Of a stretch of 64,000 nt of DNA, positions 54,372 to 63,904 are shown one piece after another. The notes beneath the pieces were generated by a model. That model saw only the letters and a program-made list of their open reading frames with translations. It had not been told where the DNA came from and did not search any database. This DNA is from Beijerinckiaceae bacterium (GTDB taxonomy: Bacteria; Pseudomonadota; Alphaproteobacteria; Rhizobiales; Beijerinckiaceae), in contig DAIOGK010000017.1 of the NCBI GenBank assembly GCA_036745275.1, forward strand, positions 8,456 to 72,455, in the 5' to 3' direction. Every line of letters starts with the position of its first letter. Position 1 is the stretch's first letter. The translations under genes and the position numbers were made by a program.

Positions 54372-56549
54372 TCAGGCCCCGTCATGGTCGTTTTGGAGCG
54401 CCCAGAGTCGGGCATAAAGCCCGTTGGGCCGATCCAGGAGTTCGTCGTGGCGACCGGATTCCACGATCTGGCCGTTGGCAAGGCTGATGATCCGGTCGCA
54501 ATGGCGGACAGCGGCCAACCGGTGGGCGACGATGAACACCGTTCGTCCGTTCACGATCGCCTTCATGTTGCGCTGGATGATGCGCTCGCTCTCATAATCG
54601 AGCGCGCTGGTCGCTTCGTCGAGAATGAGGATGCGCGGATTGGTGGCGAGCGCCCGGGCTATGGCAATGCGTTGGCGCTGGCCACCGGACAGGTTTGCGC
54701 CGCGTTCCTCGATCACGGTGTCATAACCGGCGGACAATGTGTTGATGAACTCGTCCGCTCCCGCCAGCCTGGCCATGGCCATCACATGGGACCGCGGCAT
54801 GGTGAGGGCGGAGAGCGCGATGTTCTCGTGAATCGTGCGGTTGAAGAGCAGGTTATCCTGTAGAACCACGCCGATCTGCCGCCGCAGCCAGCCCGCGTCC
54901 ATCTGCGTTACATCCGTGCCGTCGATCAGCACCTGACCCTGCTCGGGCGTATAGAAGCGCTGGATCAGCTTGGTCAGCGTCGATTTGCCGGAACCGGAAG
55001 GGCCAACGATGCCGATCACCTCACCGGGGCGGACCGTCAGGCTGAGATTGCGCAACACCGGCGGCGTCTCGGGGCGGTAACGGAAGATGATACCCCGAAA
55101 TTCAACATGGCCGTTAATCGGGCGCAGCGTGGGCGGATTGGGCGGCGAGGGCTCGGCCGGATAGTTGAGGATATCGCCGAGCCGGGCAATCGAGATCTGC
55201 ACCTGCTGGAAATCCTGCCAGAGTTGCGACAGCCTCAGGATTGGCTGCACGGCCTGCGCCGCGATCATGTTGAAGGCGATCAGTTCGCCCACGGTCAGCG
55301 TACCGTCGATCACGGCGGTGGCGCCGAAGAACAGGATCAGCGCCGTTGTGATCTTGTTGACATGCTGGAACAGCGTCTGCCCCAGCGTTCCCAGCATGGT
55401 CGCGGAAAACGAGGCACGCACATAGGCTGCGAGCTTTTCCTCCCACTGCACCTGCATGAGCGGTTCCACGGCTGCGGCCTTCAGCGTATGCGCACCCATC
55501 ACGGATTCCACCAGGAATTGCTGGCTGTGCGCGCCGCGCTCGAACCGCTCCTCGATCCGCCGCTTCAATATCGGGCGGATCAGCGAGGCAATGATGACAT
55601 AGACCGGGATGGTGCAAACAACGATCAGCGCGAGCCTGGCCGAATAGAGAAACAGAATGCCGATGAAGACGATAGCGAACAGCAGGTCGAGCACAGAGGT
55701 GAGGGCCTGCCCGGTCAGGAAGCCGCGGACGGCCTCCAGTTCGCGCATACGGGCCATCGTCTGCCCGGCCGGCCGGGTTTCGAAATAGGCAAGTGGCAAG
55801 CGGAACAGGTGGTAGAACAGCCGCCGGCCAAGCTCGACGTCGATGCGGTTGGTCGTATGTGTCAGCACATAGGAACGCAGATACTGCATCAGCGCATCAA
55901 AAACCGCGATGACCAGCAGCCCGGCCACCAGCACCACCAGCGTCGACCAGGAGTGGTGCACCAGCACCTTGTCCACCACGAGCTGGAAGAAAATCGGCGT
56001 TGCGAGCGCCAGAATCTGCACGAACAGGGTTGCCAGCAGCACCTGCGACAGCGGTTTGCGATAGCGCCAGATCGAGGGCACGAACCAGGCCATGCTGAAT
56101 TGCGCGGGGTCGATACCCGGCCCGCCGAGGCGGCGCGCCACCTGCACGACATCGCCCGTCCAGACCTCCGCGATGCCGGCGGCGTCGGTCTCAAGACGGG
56201 CCCGCGTGGTCATGTTGAACAGGCGGAACTGCCCGGATGTCCCTCCCGAGGCGAGATAGGCATAGCCGCCATCCTTGAGGCCGACGAGCGCGGGCAGGGG
56301 CAGGGCGCCCAGCCGTTCCGCCGTCTCTCCGGTCCGGTGTCGTGCCTTCAGGCCCAGCCGTTTTGCGGCGCGCACGAGATCATCCGTGCCGGCGGGTCGC
56401 CCGCCCAGCGCCAGTTCATGTGCCATGTGGAAGGGGTCTGCGGCAATCCGGTAGAAGGAGGCAACCAGTGCCAGTGCTGCCAGCGATGGATCGGGCAGGG
56501 GCGGTGGCGCGGGTGTGGGGCCCGTGACGGGCGCGGCAGCCGCGGTCAT
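54372..56549 (-). CDS. Type I secretion ABC transporter (HlyB-like) with N-terminal degenerate C39-like domain
   Basis: The C39-like domain lacks the catalytic Cys (…DPSLAALALVASFYRI…). 6-TM ABC_membrane region. Walker A GPSGSGKST, signature LSGGQRQR, Walker B ILILDEATS. Confidence 0.9.
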   Translation of the reverse strand: MTAAAAPVTGPTPAPPPLPDPSLAALALVASFYRIAADPFHMAHELALGGRPAGTDDLVRAAKRLGLKARHRTGETAERLGALPLPALVGLKDGGYAYLASGGTSGQFRLFNMTTRARLETDAAGIAEVWTGDVVQVARRLGGPGIDPAQFSMAWFVPSIWRYRKPLSQVLLATLFVQILALATPIFFQLVVDKVLVHHSWSTLVVLVAGLLVIAVFDALMQYLRSYVLTHTTNRIDVELGRRLFYHLFRLPLAYFETRPAGQTMARMRELEAVRGFLTGQALTSVLDLLFAIVFIGILFLYSARLALIVVCTIPVYVIIASLIRPILKRRIEERFERGAHSQQFLVESVMGAHTLKAAAVEPLMQVQWEEKLAAYVRASFSATMLGTLGQTLFQHVNKITTALILFFGATAVIDGTLTVGELIAFNMIAAQAVQPILRLSQLWQDFQQVQISIARLGDILNYPAEPSPPNPPTLRPINGHVEFRGIIFRYRPETPPVLRNLSLTVRPGEVIGIVGPSGSGKSTLTKLIQRFYTPEQGQVLIDGTDVTQMDAGWLRRQIGVVLQDNLLFNRTIHENIALSALTMPRSHVMAMARLAGADEFINTLSAGYDTVIEERGANLSGGQRQRIAIARALATNPRILILDEATSALDYESERIIQRNMKAIVNGRTVFIVAHRLAAVRHCDRIISLANGQIVESGRHDELLDRPNGLYARLWALQNDHDGA

Positions 56550-56638
56550 GCGTGTCGTCCCATGGCGGTTAACGGTTTGGTGTGGTGCGAAAGAACCAGA
56601 ATTTCAGCATGAAAATCGATTCGGCAGGCTATTGTCCG

Positions 56639-56899
56639 CTACCTCTGTGCTGTTCGCCACCAGATGACAAGTGCCGGCACCGTAAGAACGCTGAAGAGGC
56701 CCAGAAAAATCGGGAATTCCTGTGCAGCGGTATAGCCGGCCTGGGTAACACCAACCCACATGTTGATCGCCGTCACAAGAAACCAGAGCGGAATGAAGCA
56801 AAGCGAGCCGAACGAAACCGAACCGGATGCGCGGCGACTGACCAACAGACAGATCGCCAACAGGACGACACCGCCCAGGACCACCATGACTGAATGCAT
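56639..56899 (-). CDS. Small hypothetical membrane protein (about 86-96 aa, 3 TM)
   Basis: MHSVMVVLGGVVLLAICLLV…CFIPLWFLVTAINMWVGV…FPIFLGLFSVLTVPALVIWW. No assignable family. Confidence 0.45.
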   Translation of the reverse strand: MHSVMVVLGGVVLLAICLLVSRRASGSVSFGSLCFIPLWFLVTAINMWVGVTQAGYTAAQEFPIFLGLFSVLTVPALVIWWRTAQR

Positions 56900-57013
56900 T
56901 TGACTGATACTCCCCACACCCGCCCGCACAGTTTTGCCGGTCTTGGTAGAATACGCAAAGGGATTATCAGGAATCAGACCAAATGAGCAGCGGACGCTGG
57001 TCCGGTGGCCTGA

Positions 57014-58243
57014 TCAATGTGTGCCGCCGGGATTGGTATGGACCTCGACAACATAGCCGGCCTGCCTCAGATGCGCTACGACGGCATCACGATGCTCCCG
57101 GTCTCGCGTCTCAATCACCACATCGAGCAGCAGCCCCTTTGCGGGCAGGCCTGAAAACACCCGCTGATGCGATACCTCGACGATATTCGCACCGGCTTCT
57201 CCCAGCAGGGTGGAAACCCGCGCAAGCTGGCCGGGCCGGTCGACAAGATCGATCGACAGTTGGCTCAGGCGCCCCTCGCGCGCCAGTTCCCGCGTCAGCA
57301 CGCTGGCAATCAGCCGCGTATCGATGTTGCCGCCGCACAGCACGACGCCAACGGTCTTGCCCTTGAAGAGCGTGGGCTGCGCAAGCATGGCCGCCAGCCC
57401 AGCAGCGCCGGCACCTTCCACAACCGTCTTCTCGATGGTGATCAGAAGGCTGACCGCCTGTTCGATGTCCGGTTCCGTCACCAGCAGGATTTCATCCACC
57501 AGCGCCCGCACGATCTCGGTGGTGATGGCGCCGGGCGCCTTGACGGCAATGCCCTCGGCCAGCGTATCGCCCCGCATCGGCAGGCTTTCACCCTTGATGA
57601 CGTTGTACATCGATGGATAAAGCGCCGATTGCACACCGATGATGCGGATATCCGGGCGCATGGCCTTGGCCGCCACGGCGATGCCGGAAATCAGCCCGCC
57701 GCCACCGATCGGCACGACAAGCACGTTGAGATCGGGCACCTGTTCCAGCATTTCGATGGCGATGGTCCCCTGTCCGGCGGCCACCAGCGGGTCGTCATAA
57801 GGGTGGATGAAGGTGAGGCGGTTCTTTGCGCCATGCTCGCGGGCAAAGCGCGCTGAATCCTCCAGCGTATCGCCGGTCACGATCACTTCGGCGCCATGCC
57901 GGCGCGTATTCTCCACCTTCACCATCGGCGTGCCGTTCGGCATGATGATGGTGGCGGGAATGCCAAGCCGGCGGGCGTGGTAGGCAACACCCTGCGCATG
58001 GTTGCCGGCCGACATCGCGATGACACCGCGCGACCGCTCGTCCGGGCTGAGCGCGGCAAGACGGTTCAGCGCCCCCCGTTCCTTGAAGGCGGCGGTGAAT
58101 TGCAGGTTCTCGAACTTCAGCCAGATCTCGGCCCCGATGATCTCGCTGAGCGTCCGCGAATAATTGAAGTCCGTCTTCAGAACCGAACCACGGATCAGGT
58201 CCGCCGCGGCGCGGACCATGGCGTATGTGACGGGCAGGGCCAT
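57014..58243 (-). CDS. ilvA: Threonine ammonia-lyase (threonine dehydratase, short form with one ACT-like domain)
   Basis: …KFENLQFTAAFKERGALN (PLP lysine)…SAGNHAQGVA…C-terminal ACT (LSIDLVDRPGQLARVSTLLGEAGANIVEV). Confidence 0.85.
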   Translation of the reverse strand: MALPVTYAMVRAAADLIRGSVLKTDFNYSRTLSEIIGAEIWLKFENLQFTAAFKERGALNRLAALSPDERSRGVIAMSAGNHAQGVAYHARRLGIPATIIMPNGTPMVKVENTRRHGAEVIVTGDTLEDSARFAREHGAKNRLTFIHPYDDPLVAAGQGTIAIEMLEQVPDLNVLVVPIGGGGLISGIAVAAKAMRPDIRIIGVQSALYPSMYNVIKGESLPMRGDTLAEGIAVKAPGAITTEIVRALVDEILLVTEPDIEQAVSLLITIEKTVVEGAGAAGLAAMLAQPTLFKGKTVGVVLCGGNIDTRLIASVLTRELAREGRLSQLSIDLVDRPGQLARVSTLLGEAGANIVEVSHQRVFSGLPAKGLLLDVVIETRDREHRDAVVAHLRQAGYVVEVHTNPGGTH

Positions 58244-60138
58244 CAGGCGTCCCTCTCGCGCGCCTGCGCCTGCGCCGCCATCCGGACCGGAGCATTTGCG
58301 GCGCCATATTGGTCATAGCCGCCACGCCGCTGGCACGCCTCGAAGAAGAAGCGGTCATCGAAGGTTTGCGTGAAGACGTGGAAGAACTCGCCCTCGCCGA
58401 TGCGATCATAGAGCACGTTGTGCGCCCGCAACTCGTCGAGGAAACGATCGTCGATGCCGAACCGTGCAGCGATATCGTCGTAATAATTGGCCGGAATGCG
58501 CAGCAGCGGCACACCGGCCTTGTCCAGCGCGCGCACGGTCGCGAAGATGTCATCGGTCGCAAATGCGATGTGATGCACCCCCGCCCCGGCATAGGTCGTC
58601 ACCGAGCGGGCGGTGGCCGTGTTGCGGCTTTCCGAGATGTTGAGCGGCAGGCGCAGGGAACGTTCGGCGTTGGAAACGGCCTTCGAGCGGGTCAGCCCGT
58701 AGGGGTCCGGCAGCACGAAAATTTCCTCTGGCGCGAGCCCCAGCACGGCGCGGTAGAACAGAACCCAACCGTCGAGCTGTCCTTCGGGCAGGGCTTCGGC
58801 GATATGGTCGATGTGCTTGAGATGGCTGACCGGCTCCGCCGTCTGCTCAACTACAAAATCGCTTTCAAAGGCGGCGGTGCGGCCCGCTTCCTCGTCGGTG
58901 AAATAGATCAGCCCGCCATTGGGCATCCGGATGGCGGGGATCGACTTCTCGTTTGCGCCAACGCGGCTTTCAAAGCGCTGGCAGCCATAACTTTCGGCCC
59001 GGGCGATGGCGGCGGGCGCATCGTCCACTTTCAGCGCGAATGCGCAGACCGAGGGTCCGTGCACCAGCATGAAGGAATGGGCAAAACTGTCAGGTTCGCG
59101 GTTGAGAACGAAGCGGACATCGCCCTGGCCGTAAAGCGTGACCTGCTTGGTGCGATGCGTGCCGAGCTTCGCAAATCCCATCTGTTCCAGAAACACCGAC
59201 AGCGCCCGGTCCGCCTCCTGGTCCACGGTGAACTCGACGAAGGAAAAACCGGCGATTTTCGGTGCTGCCGGCGGATCAAACAGCGGCACTCGACTGCGGC
59301 GCGGCGCATTGCCTTCACGCGTCTTGATCTGCCGAACCTCCTCTTCGAGGAACAGCAACGAGCGCATTCCATCGAGTGCGGTCTGCCGGGGGGGCGCTGC
59401 GCGCATGTCGTCGTTGAAGATTTCAAGGCTGATCGTGCCGGCGTAACCGGTCTTGAGCACAGCGCGCAGGAAACCCGGCACATCGAGGTCGCCCTGACCC
59501 GGCAGGTTGCGGAAATGGCGGCTCAGCGTCAACGGATTCATGCCAAGGCGCGGCGCATCCGCAATCTGCACATAGAAGATGCGGTCGCCCGGCAGATCGG
59601 CGATGCCCGACCAGTCGAACGGCAGCGCGAGTGTGTGGAAACTGTCGAGCATCAACCCGAGATGCGGGTGGTTGGCCTTTTCCACCACCGCATAGGCCTT
59701 GTCATAGGTATTGATCTTGGCTCCCCAGGCGAGGGCTTCGAAAGCGATCCTGATGCTGCGCCGGGCGGCCCGTTCGGCGAGTTCAAACATCTGCGCGGCA
59801 GAGCGTTCCACATCGTCGAACGCATCGGCGTTGACATTGGAGCAGACCAGCATCAGCGGCGCGCCGAGTTCCTGCATCACGTCGAACTTGCGCTCGGCCC
59901 GATCGAGATTGCGGCGGAACTGCGCGTCCGATACGCCCTCGAAATCGCGGAACGGCTGGAACATGTCGACGGCCAGCCCGATGTCTGCGCATTGCCGGCG
60001 CACGTCCTTCGGGCTGCCGTTGTAGAACAGGAGGTCGTTCTCGAAAATCTCGACACCATCGAATCGCGCCGCTGCGATGGCGTCCAGCTTTTCCTGCAGG
60101 GTTCCGCTGAGCGACACTGTGGCGATCGACTTGCGCAT
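58243..60138 (-). CDS. Xylose-isomerase-like TIM barrel fused to an HPPD-like dioxygenase fold (QuiC/QsuB-type 3-dehydroshikimate dehydratase candidate)
   Basis: N-terminus MRKSIATVSLSGTLQEKLDAIAAARFDGVEIFENDL. C-terminal VOC/HPPD-like region …GVHHIAFATDDIFATVRAL…FFHVFTQTF…FFFEACQRRGGYDQYGAANAPVRMAAQ. Start at 60138 (GGAGGA SD). Its TGA shares a base with the ilvA ATG. Confidence 0.75.
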   Translation of the reverse strand: MRKSIATVSLSGTLQEKLDAIAAARFDGVEIFENDLLFYNGSPKDVRRQCADIGLAVDMFQPFRDFEGVSDAQFRRNLDRAERKFDVMQELGAPLMLVCSNVNADAFDDVERSAAQMFELAERAARRSIRIAFEALAWGAKINTYDKAYAVVEKANHPHLGLMLDSFHTLALPFDWSGIADLPGDRIFYVQIADAPRLGMNPLTLSRHFRNLPGQGDLDVPGFLRAVLKTGYAGTISLEIFNDDMRAAPPRQTALDGMRSLLFLEEEVRQIKTREGNAPRRSRVPLFDPPAAPKIAGFSFVEFTVDQEADRALSVFLEQMGFAKLGTHRTKQVTLYGQGDVRFVLNREPDSFAHSFMLVHGPSVCAFALKVDDAPAAIARAESYGCQRFESRVGANEKSIPAIRMPNGGLIYFTDEEAGRTAAFESDFVVEQTAEPVSHLKHIDHIAEALPEGQLDGWVLFYRAVLGLAPEEIFVLPDPYGLTRSKAVSNAERSLRLPLNISESRNTATARSVTTYAGAGVHHIAFATDDIFATVRALDKAGVPLLRIPANYYDDIAARFGIDDRFLDELRAHNVLYDRIGEGEFFHVFTQTFDDRFFFEACQRRGGYDQYGAANAPVRMAAQAQARERDA

Positions 60139-60293
60139 GGTTCCTCCGCTATGTCGTCCGGCTCCGGCGGGACTTCCGGTTCTCCGCGCGTTGTCCAACC
60201 CGTAAACTGCGTTGCGGCACTTGTCACATGCCCGCTTGCCGCCGCGCACCGTTTCGTACAATTTGGGTTACGACAATGGCAGGGAGTGCGCAA

Positions 60294-61125
60294 CATGCCT
60301 GGCGCGAACACGGTTCGACTGGCGTTCATCGGCTATGGGGAAGTGGGCACCCGCTTCACGCGCGATCTGCTGCAACGGCCCGATATCAGCATCACCGCTT
60401 ACGACATTCTGGCCGATGATCCGGCAACGGCTGCGCACTGGCAGGCAAAAGCCCGGACCGCCGGCGCCACCCCCTTCGCGAGTGCGGCGGCGGCCTGCGC
60501 GGATGCAACCATCGTGATTTCAGCGGTCACCGCTTCGGAGGCGGAAAACGTCGCCCGGACGGCGGCGACGTTCCTCAGGCCGGGGCAGGTGCTGGTCGAT
60601 GTCAATTCCGCATCGCCCGGCACCAAACAGCGCGCGTCAGGCTATGTAACTGCGGCGGGCGCAGATTACGTGGAAGCTGCGGTGATGGCTCCGGTGCTTG
60701 CGCCCGGAATCCGTGTGCCGATTCTGGCCGGTGGTCCCCGCGCCCGCGAAATTTCCGAGCAGTTGAACGCCCTCGGTTTCAACATGGACCCTGTTGCGGA
60801 GGAGATCGGTCGCGCATCCGCGATGAAGCTCTGCCGCTCCATCGTCATCAAGGGGCTTGAAGCGCTGATGGTCGATTGTGCCGCCGCCTGCAAGGCCGCC
60901 GGCGTTGAGGATCAGGTGTTCGGCTCGCTCGATGCCTCCTATCCCTCGATCAACTGGCGGAAGCTCGCCGAAGACATGGGCGAGCGTGTCGCGACCCACG
61001 GCGTTCGGCGTTCGGCGGAAATGTTCGAGGCCGCTGCGATGTTGCAGGAAATCGGCGTCAATCCCGGCCTTGCGACGGCGGTGGCGGAAGCGCAATTGCG
61101 AGGGGCCAGGAAGAAACCGGCCTGA
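60294..61125 (+). CDS. NAD(P)-binding oxidoreductase (6-phosphogluconate-dehydrogenase-like N-domain + DUF1932-like C-domain)
   Basis: Rossmann motif LAFIGYGEVGTRF. …MKLCRSIVIKGLEALMVDC…. This is the only credible part of the 938-aa track ORF 58309..61125. Confidence 0.7.
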
Positions 61126-61205
61126 ACAGACTGAAACCGGCTTGAAAAAGCCTCCCTGAAGGCCCCATCTGATTTTGAACTGCCGACAATGACCGGAGGA
61201 TGTCC

Positions 61206-62174
61206 ATGATTTCGCGTCGCACAGCCCTTGCCGCCCTGTCCCTGCCGGCCCTCGTCGGTCCACTCCGCGCGCAGACGGCCTGGCCCGACAAGCCGATCCG
61301 CGTCATCGTTCCGTTCGGCCCAGGCGGCCTTGCGGATGTGACAACCCGCGTGGTCGGGGAGAAGATGGCGGCAGACCTTGGCCAGGCCATCGTGGTGGTG
61401 AACCAGCCCGGCGCGGGCGGCATCGCGGCAGCCATGGCGGTCAAGAACGCGGCGCCGGATGGCTATACACTGGCGCTCTTCACCAACGGCACGGCAATTT
61501 CCGTTCCGCTGGTCGCCGATCTCGGCTTTGATCCCTTGAAGGATTTCGTGCCGATTTCCTCGCTCGGCTATTTTGATTTCGTGATCGTGGTGGCAACCGA
61601 TAGTGGCTACAAGTCGCTGGCCGATGTCATCGCTGCTGCGAAAACGAAGTCAGGCGGCATCAATATCGGCACCATAAACATCGGCTCGACCCAGAACCTG
61701 TCCGCCGAGTTGTTGCGCTCGCAGACCGGGGGCAACATGACGATCATTCCCTACCGCAACTCGCCCGATGCCGTGACCGCGCTGTTGCGCAAGGATGTCG
61801 ATTTCGTCATCGACGGTTACACCGCCGTGCGTGCCATGCTTCAGGACAAGCGCCTGACGGCCATCGCCACCTCCGGACCGAAGCGGTCGCCACTGACGGC
61901 GGACGTGCCGACCGCGATGGAAGCAGGACTGAAGGATTTCGATGTCACATCATGGAATGCGCTGTTTGCGCGCGCCGGAACGCCGGACGCAATCATCAGC
62001 AAGCTGAACGCCGCCGTTCAGGCCGCAACCGCCGACGCTGAGGTGAAGAAGAAGCTGCTGGACCTTGGCATTGAGGCAAGAGCCAGCACGCCCGCAGAGA
62101 TCGCCGCGCGCCTCACCTCGGACATTGCCAAATGGGGCGCGGTGATCGAGAAGGCGAAGATCCCGAAGCAGTAG
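61206..62174 (+). CDS. Orphan Bug/TctC-family periplasmic solute-binding protein
   Basis: Tat/Sec-like signal MISRRTALAALSLPALVGPLRAQ, then WPDKPIRVIVPFGPGG typical of the Bug family. No adjacent tctAB. Confidence 0.85.
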   Translation: MISRRTALAALSLPALVGPLRAQTAWPDKPIRVIVPFGPGGLADVTTRVVGEKMAADLGQAIVVVNQPGAGGIAAAMAVKNAAPDGYTLALFTNGTAISVPLVADLGFDPLKDFVPISSLGYFDFVIVVATDSGYKSLADVIAAAKTKSGGINIGTINIGSTQNLSAELLRSQTGGNMTIIPYRNSPDAVTALLRKDVDFVIDGYTAVRAMLQDKRLTAIATSGPKRSPLTADVPTAMEAGLKDFDVTSWNALFARAGTPDAIISKLNAAVQAATADAEVKKKLLDLGIEARASTPAEIAARLTSDIAKWGAVIEKAKIPKQ

Positions 62175-62198
62175 GGGGTTGCGCGAAGACCGGTTGCA

Positions 62199-62819
62199 TC
62201 AGAGGTCCTGCTCGCCCTTGCGGCGGGCGCCGCGTTCAGCAACGAGGCCGGCGAGTTCGCGCGTCGAGGGCATCCGGCGGCCCATGTCGTCGGCCCCCAT
62301 CTCATCGGCGGCCAGATTTTCGATGATGGCGAGCAGGGTGCGGCGCGTGGCGGCAAGGTCTTCGGTCGAGACGCCGGCAACAGCGATTTCGTTGACCTCG
62401 ATCGCGAGCGGGACGGTCTTGTCCTTCAGCGCGCGACCCTCCTCGGTCAGAAAGACATAGACGTTCTTGCGATTGTCCGGCATCTGCCGGCGCTCGACAT
62501 AGCCGAGCTTCTCCATCGCTTTCAGTGCGGAAAAGGTGGTGGGCTCCATCACGCCGGCCTTTTCGCTGAGCGCGCGCTGGGTAATGCCGTCACCCTGCCA
62601 GAGAATGCGCAGGAAGTTCCAGTAGCCGTAGGAAACGGAATGCTCGGTCAAGCGCATCTGCATGGTGCGCTGAAAACCGCGCATCGCATCCTTGATCAGA
62701 AGACCGATACGATCATTGGGAACATCCTCGCGCCAATGTTTCAGCACGGCCTGCGTCTGGCGAAAATCCGTCCGCGCGCAATAGGGCGCCGAGGGATTGG
62801 ACTTGGAATGAGCGTTCAC
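62199..62819 (-). CDS. MarR-family transcriptional regulator with C-terminal extension
   Basis: wHTH: …YWNFLRILWQGDGITQRALSEKAGVMEPTTFSALKAMEKLGYVERRQMPDNRKNVYVFLTEEG. Start guessed at GTG 62819; the rest of the 354-aa track ORF is Arg/Ser-rich junk. Confidence 0.75.
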   Translation of the reverse strand: MNAHSKSNPSAPYCARTDFRQTQAVLKHWREDVPNDRIGLLIKDAMRGFQRTMQMRLTEHSVSYGYWNFLRILWQGDGITQRALSEKAGVMEPTTFSALKAMEKLGYVERRQMPDNRKNVYVFLTEEGRALKDKTVPLAIEVNEIAVAGVSTEDLAATRRTLLAIIENLAADEMGADDMGRRMPSTRELAGLVAERGARRKGEQDL

Positions 62820-62962
62820 GTTGGTAACCTTCGTGTTTTGGAAGTGAATAGCGGATTTTTCTCTCCATTCAACGGCGGACGGGCTGCATTCTACCACGAA
62901 ATCTGCGACAAGTCGTCCCGAGCGCTTGATTTTTGTCGCGCCCCGGATGCTCTGAGGTCGGA

Positions 62963-63829
62963 ATGCAGGAGAATTTTTTTCTAAAATCAGGGCAAAGCGA
63001 AGTTGAGCTGTCGGCGGCGGGGGCGGAGATTTTCGCCTGGCGCGTGGGTGGTCGCGACCTTCTCTGGAATGGCGATCCCGCCTTCTGGCCGCGCCGCGCG
63101 CCGATCCTCTTTCCGTTCTGCGGCTGGCTGAGGAACGGGACATTCCGCGTTGGTGGGCAGAGCTATGCGTCCGGCGTGCATGGCTTCGGCCACACGACCC
63201 CGTTCCGGCTGGAGCGACATGGCCCGGCATCGGCCCGCATGGTTCTTGACGATACGCCGGCAACGCACGCTGTCTTTCCCTTCCGCTTTCACCTGACGGT
63301 TAATGTCAGCGTTGGAGAAGCTGGCTTTGCCTGCGACATCGCCGTGGAAAACCCCGGCGAAACGGTGTTACCCTTCGCGCTTGGCTATCACCCGGGCTTC
63401 CGTTGGCCGTTCGATGGCGGCGCGCGCGAGGCTTATCGGCTTGTGTTTGAACAGGACGAACGCGCCGAGGCCGTACGCACTGCGCCGGGAGGGCTGTTCA
63501 CCGGCGAAACGATTCCTGCCCCGTTGTCCGGGCGGGACATCGACCTTTCCCGCGCGTTTGCCGGGCAGGATTCGCTCGTCTTCCGCAATGTGCGCTCGGA
63601 GCGCGTTGCGTTTGTGGCGCCTTCGGGGCGGCAGATTGTCGTGACGGCGCAGGGCTTTCCCAATCGCGTATTCTGGACCCGTCCGGGCGCCGGATATCTC
63701 TGCATCGAGCCATGGACGGGGGAAGGGGATCCGGTGGATTTTTCCGGCGACCTTTCCGAAAAGCCCGGCATGATCCTGCTGCCGCCGCGGCAGGCAAGGC
63801 GCTTCCGCTTTGCCTGTGAACTTCAGTGA
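62963..63829 (+). CDS. Aldose 1-epimerase (galactose mutarotase-like) family protein
   Basis: …APILFPFCGWLRNGTF…GVHGFG…ALGYHPGFRWP…EPWTG. Confidence 0.75.
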   Translation: MQENFFLKSGQSEVELSAAGAEIFAWRVGGRDLLWNGDPAFWPRRAPILFPFCGWLRNGTFRVGGQSYASGVHGFGHTTPFRLERHGPASARMVLDDTPATHAVFPFRFHLTVNVSVGEAGFACDIAVENPGETVLPFALGYHPGFRWPFDGGAREAYRLVFEQDERAEAVRTAPGGLFTGETIPAPLSGRDIDLSRAFAGQDSLVFRNVRSERVAFVAPSGRQIVVTAQGFPNRVFWTRPGAGYLCIEPWTGEGDPVDFSGDLSEKPGMILLPPRQARRFRFACELQ

Positions 63830-63904
63830 AGGGACTTGCGCCGCCGCGCCGGCTGGGTCATCACTTGTCTGACAATTGGTGACATGGCAGACGAGGGTGA
63901 GACC

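Noticed and set aside
54372-56549. Interpretation of the ABC transporter as a double-glycine bacteriocin/peptide exporter with an active C39 protease
   Set aside because: The position of the catalytic Cys is occupied by Ser/Ala and no equivalent His is apparent. No small GG-leader peptide genes are nearby. An HlyB-type CLD is the better fit.
55107-56612. 501-aa + strand ORF
   Set aside because: Antisense to the T1SS ABC transporter gene. Arg/Gly/His/Gln-rich with no recognisable motif.
58309-61125. 938-aa + strand ORF, the longest in the window
   Set aside because: Its first ~660 codons are the antisense of the TIM-barrel/HPPD-like gene (58243-60138), whose product has clear domains. The translation there is Arg/Gly/His/Asp-rich low complexity, typical of antisense frames in high-GC DNA. 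Only the last 276 codons (from ATG 60294, with a GGGAG SD and a Rossmann motif) look real and are annotated separately.
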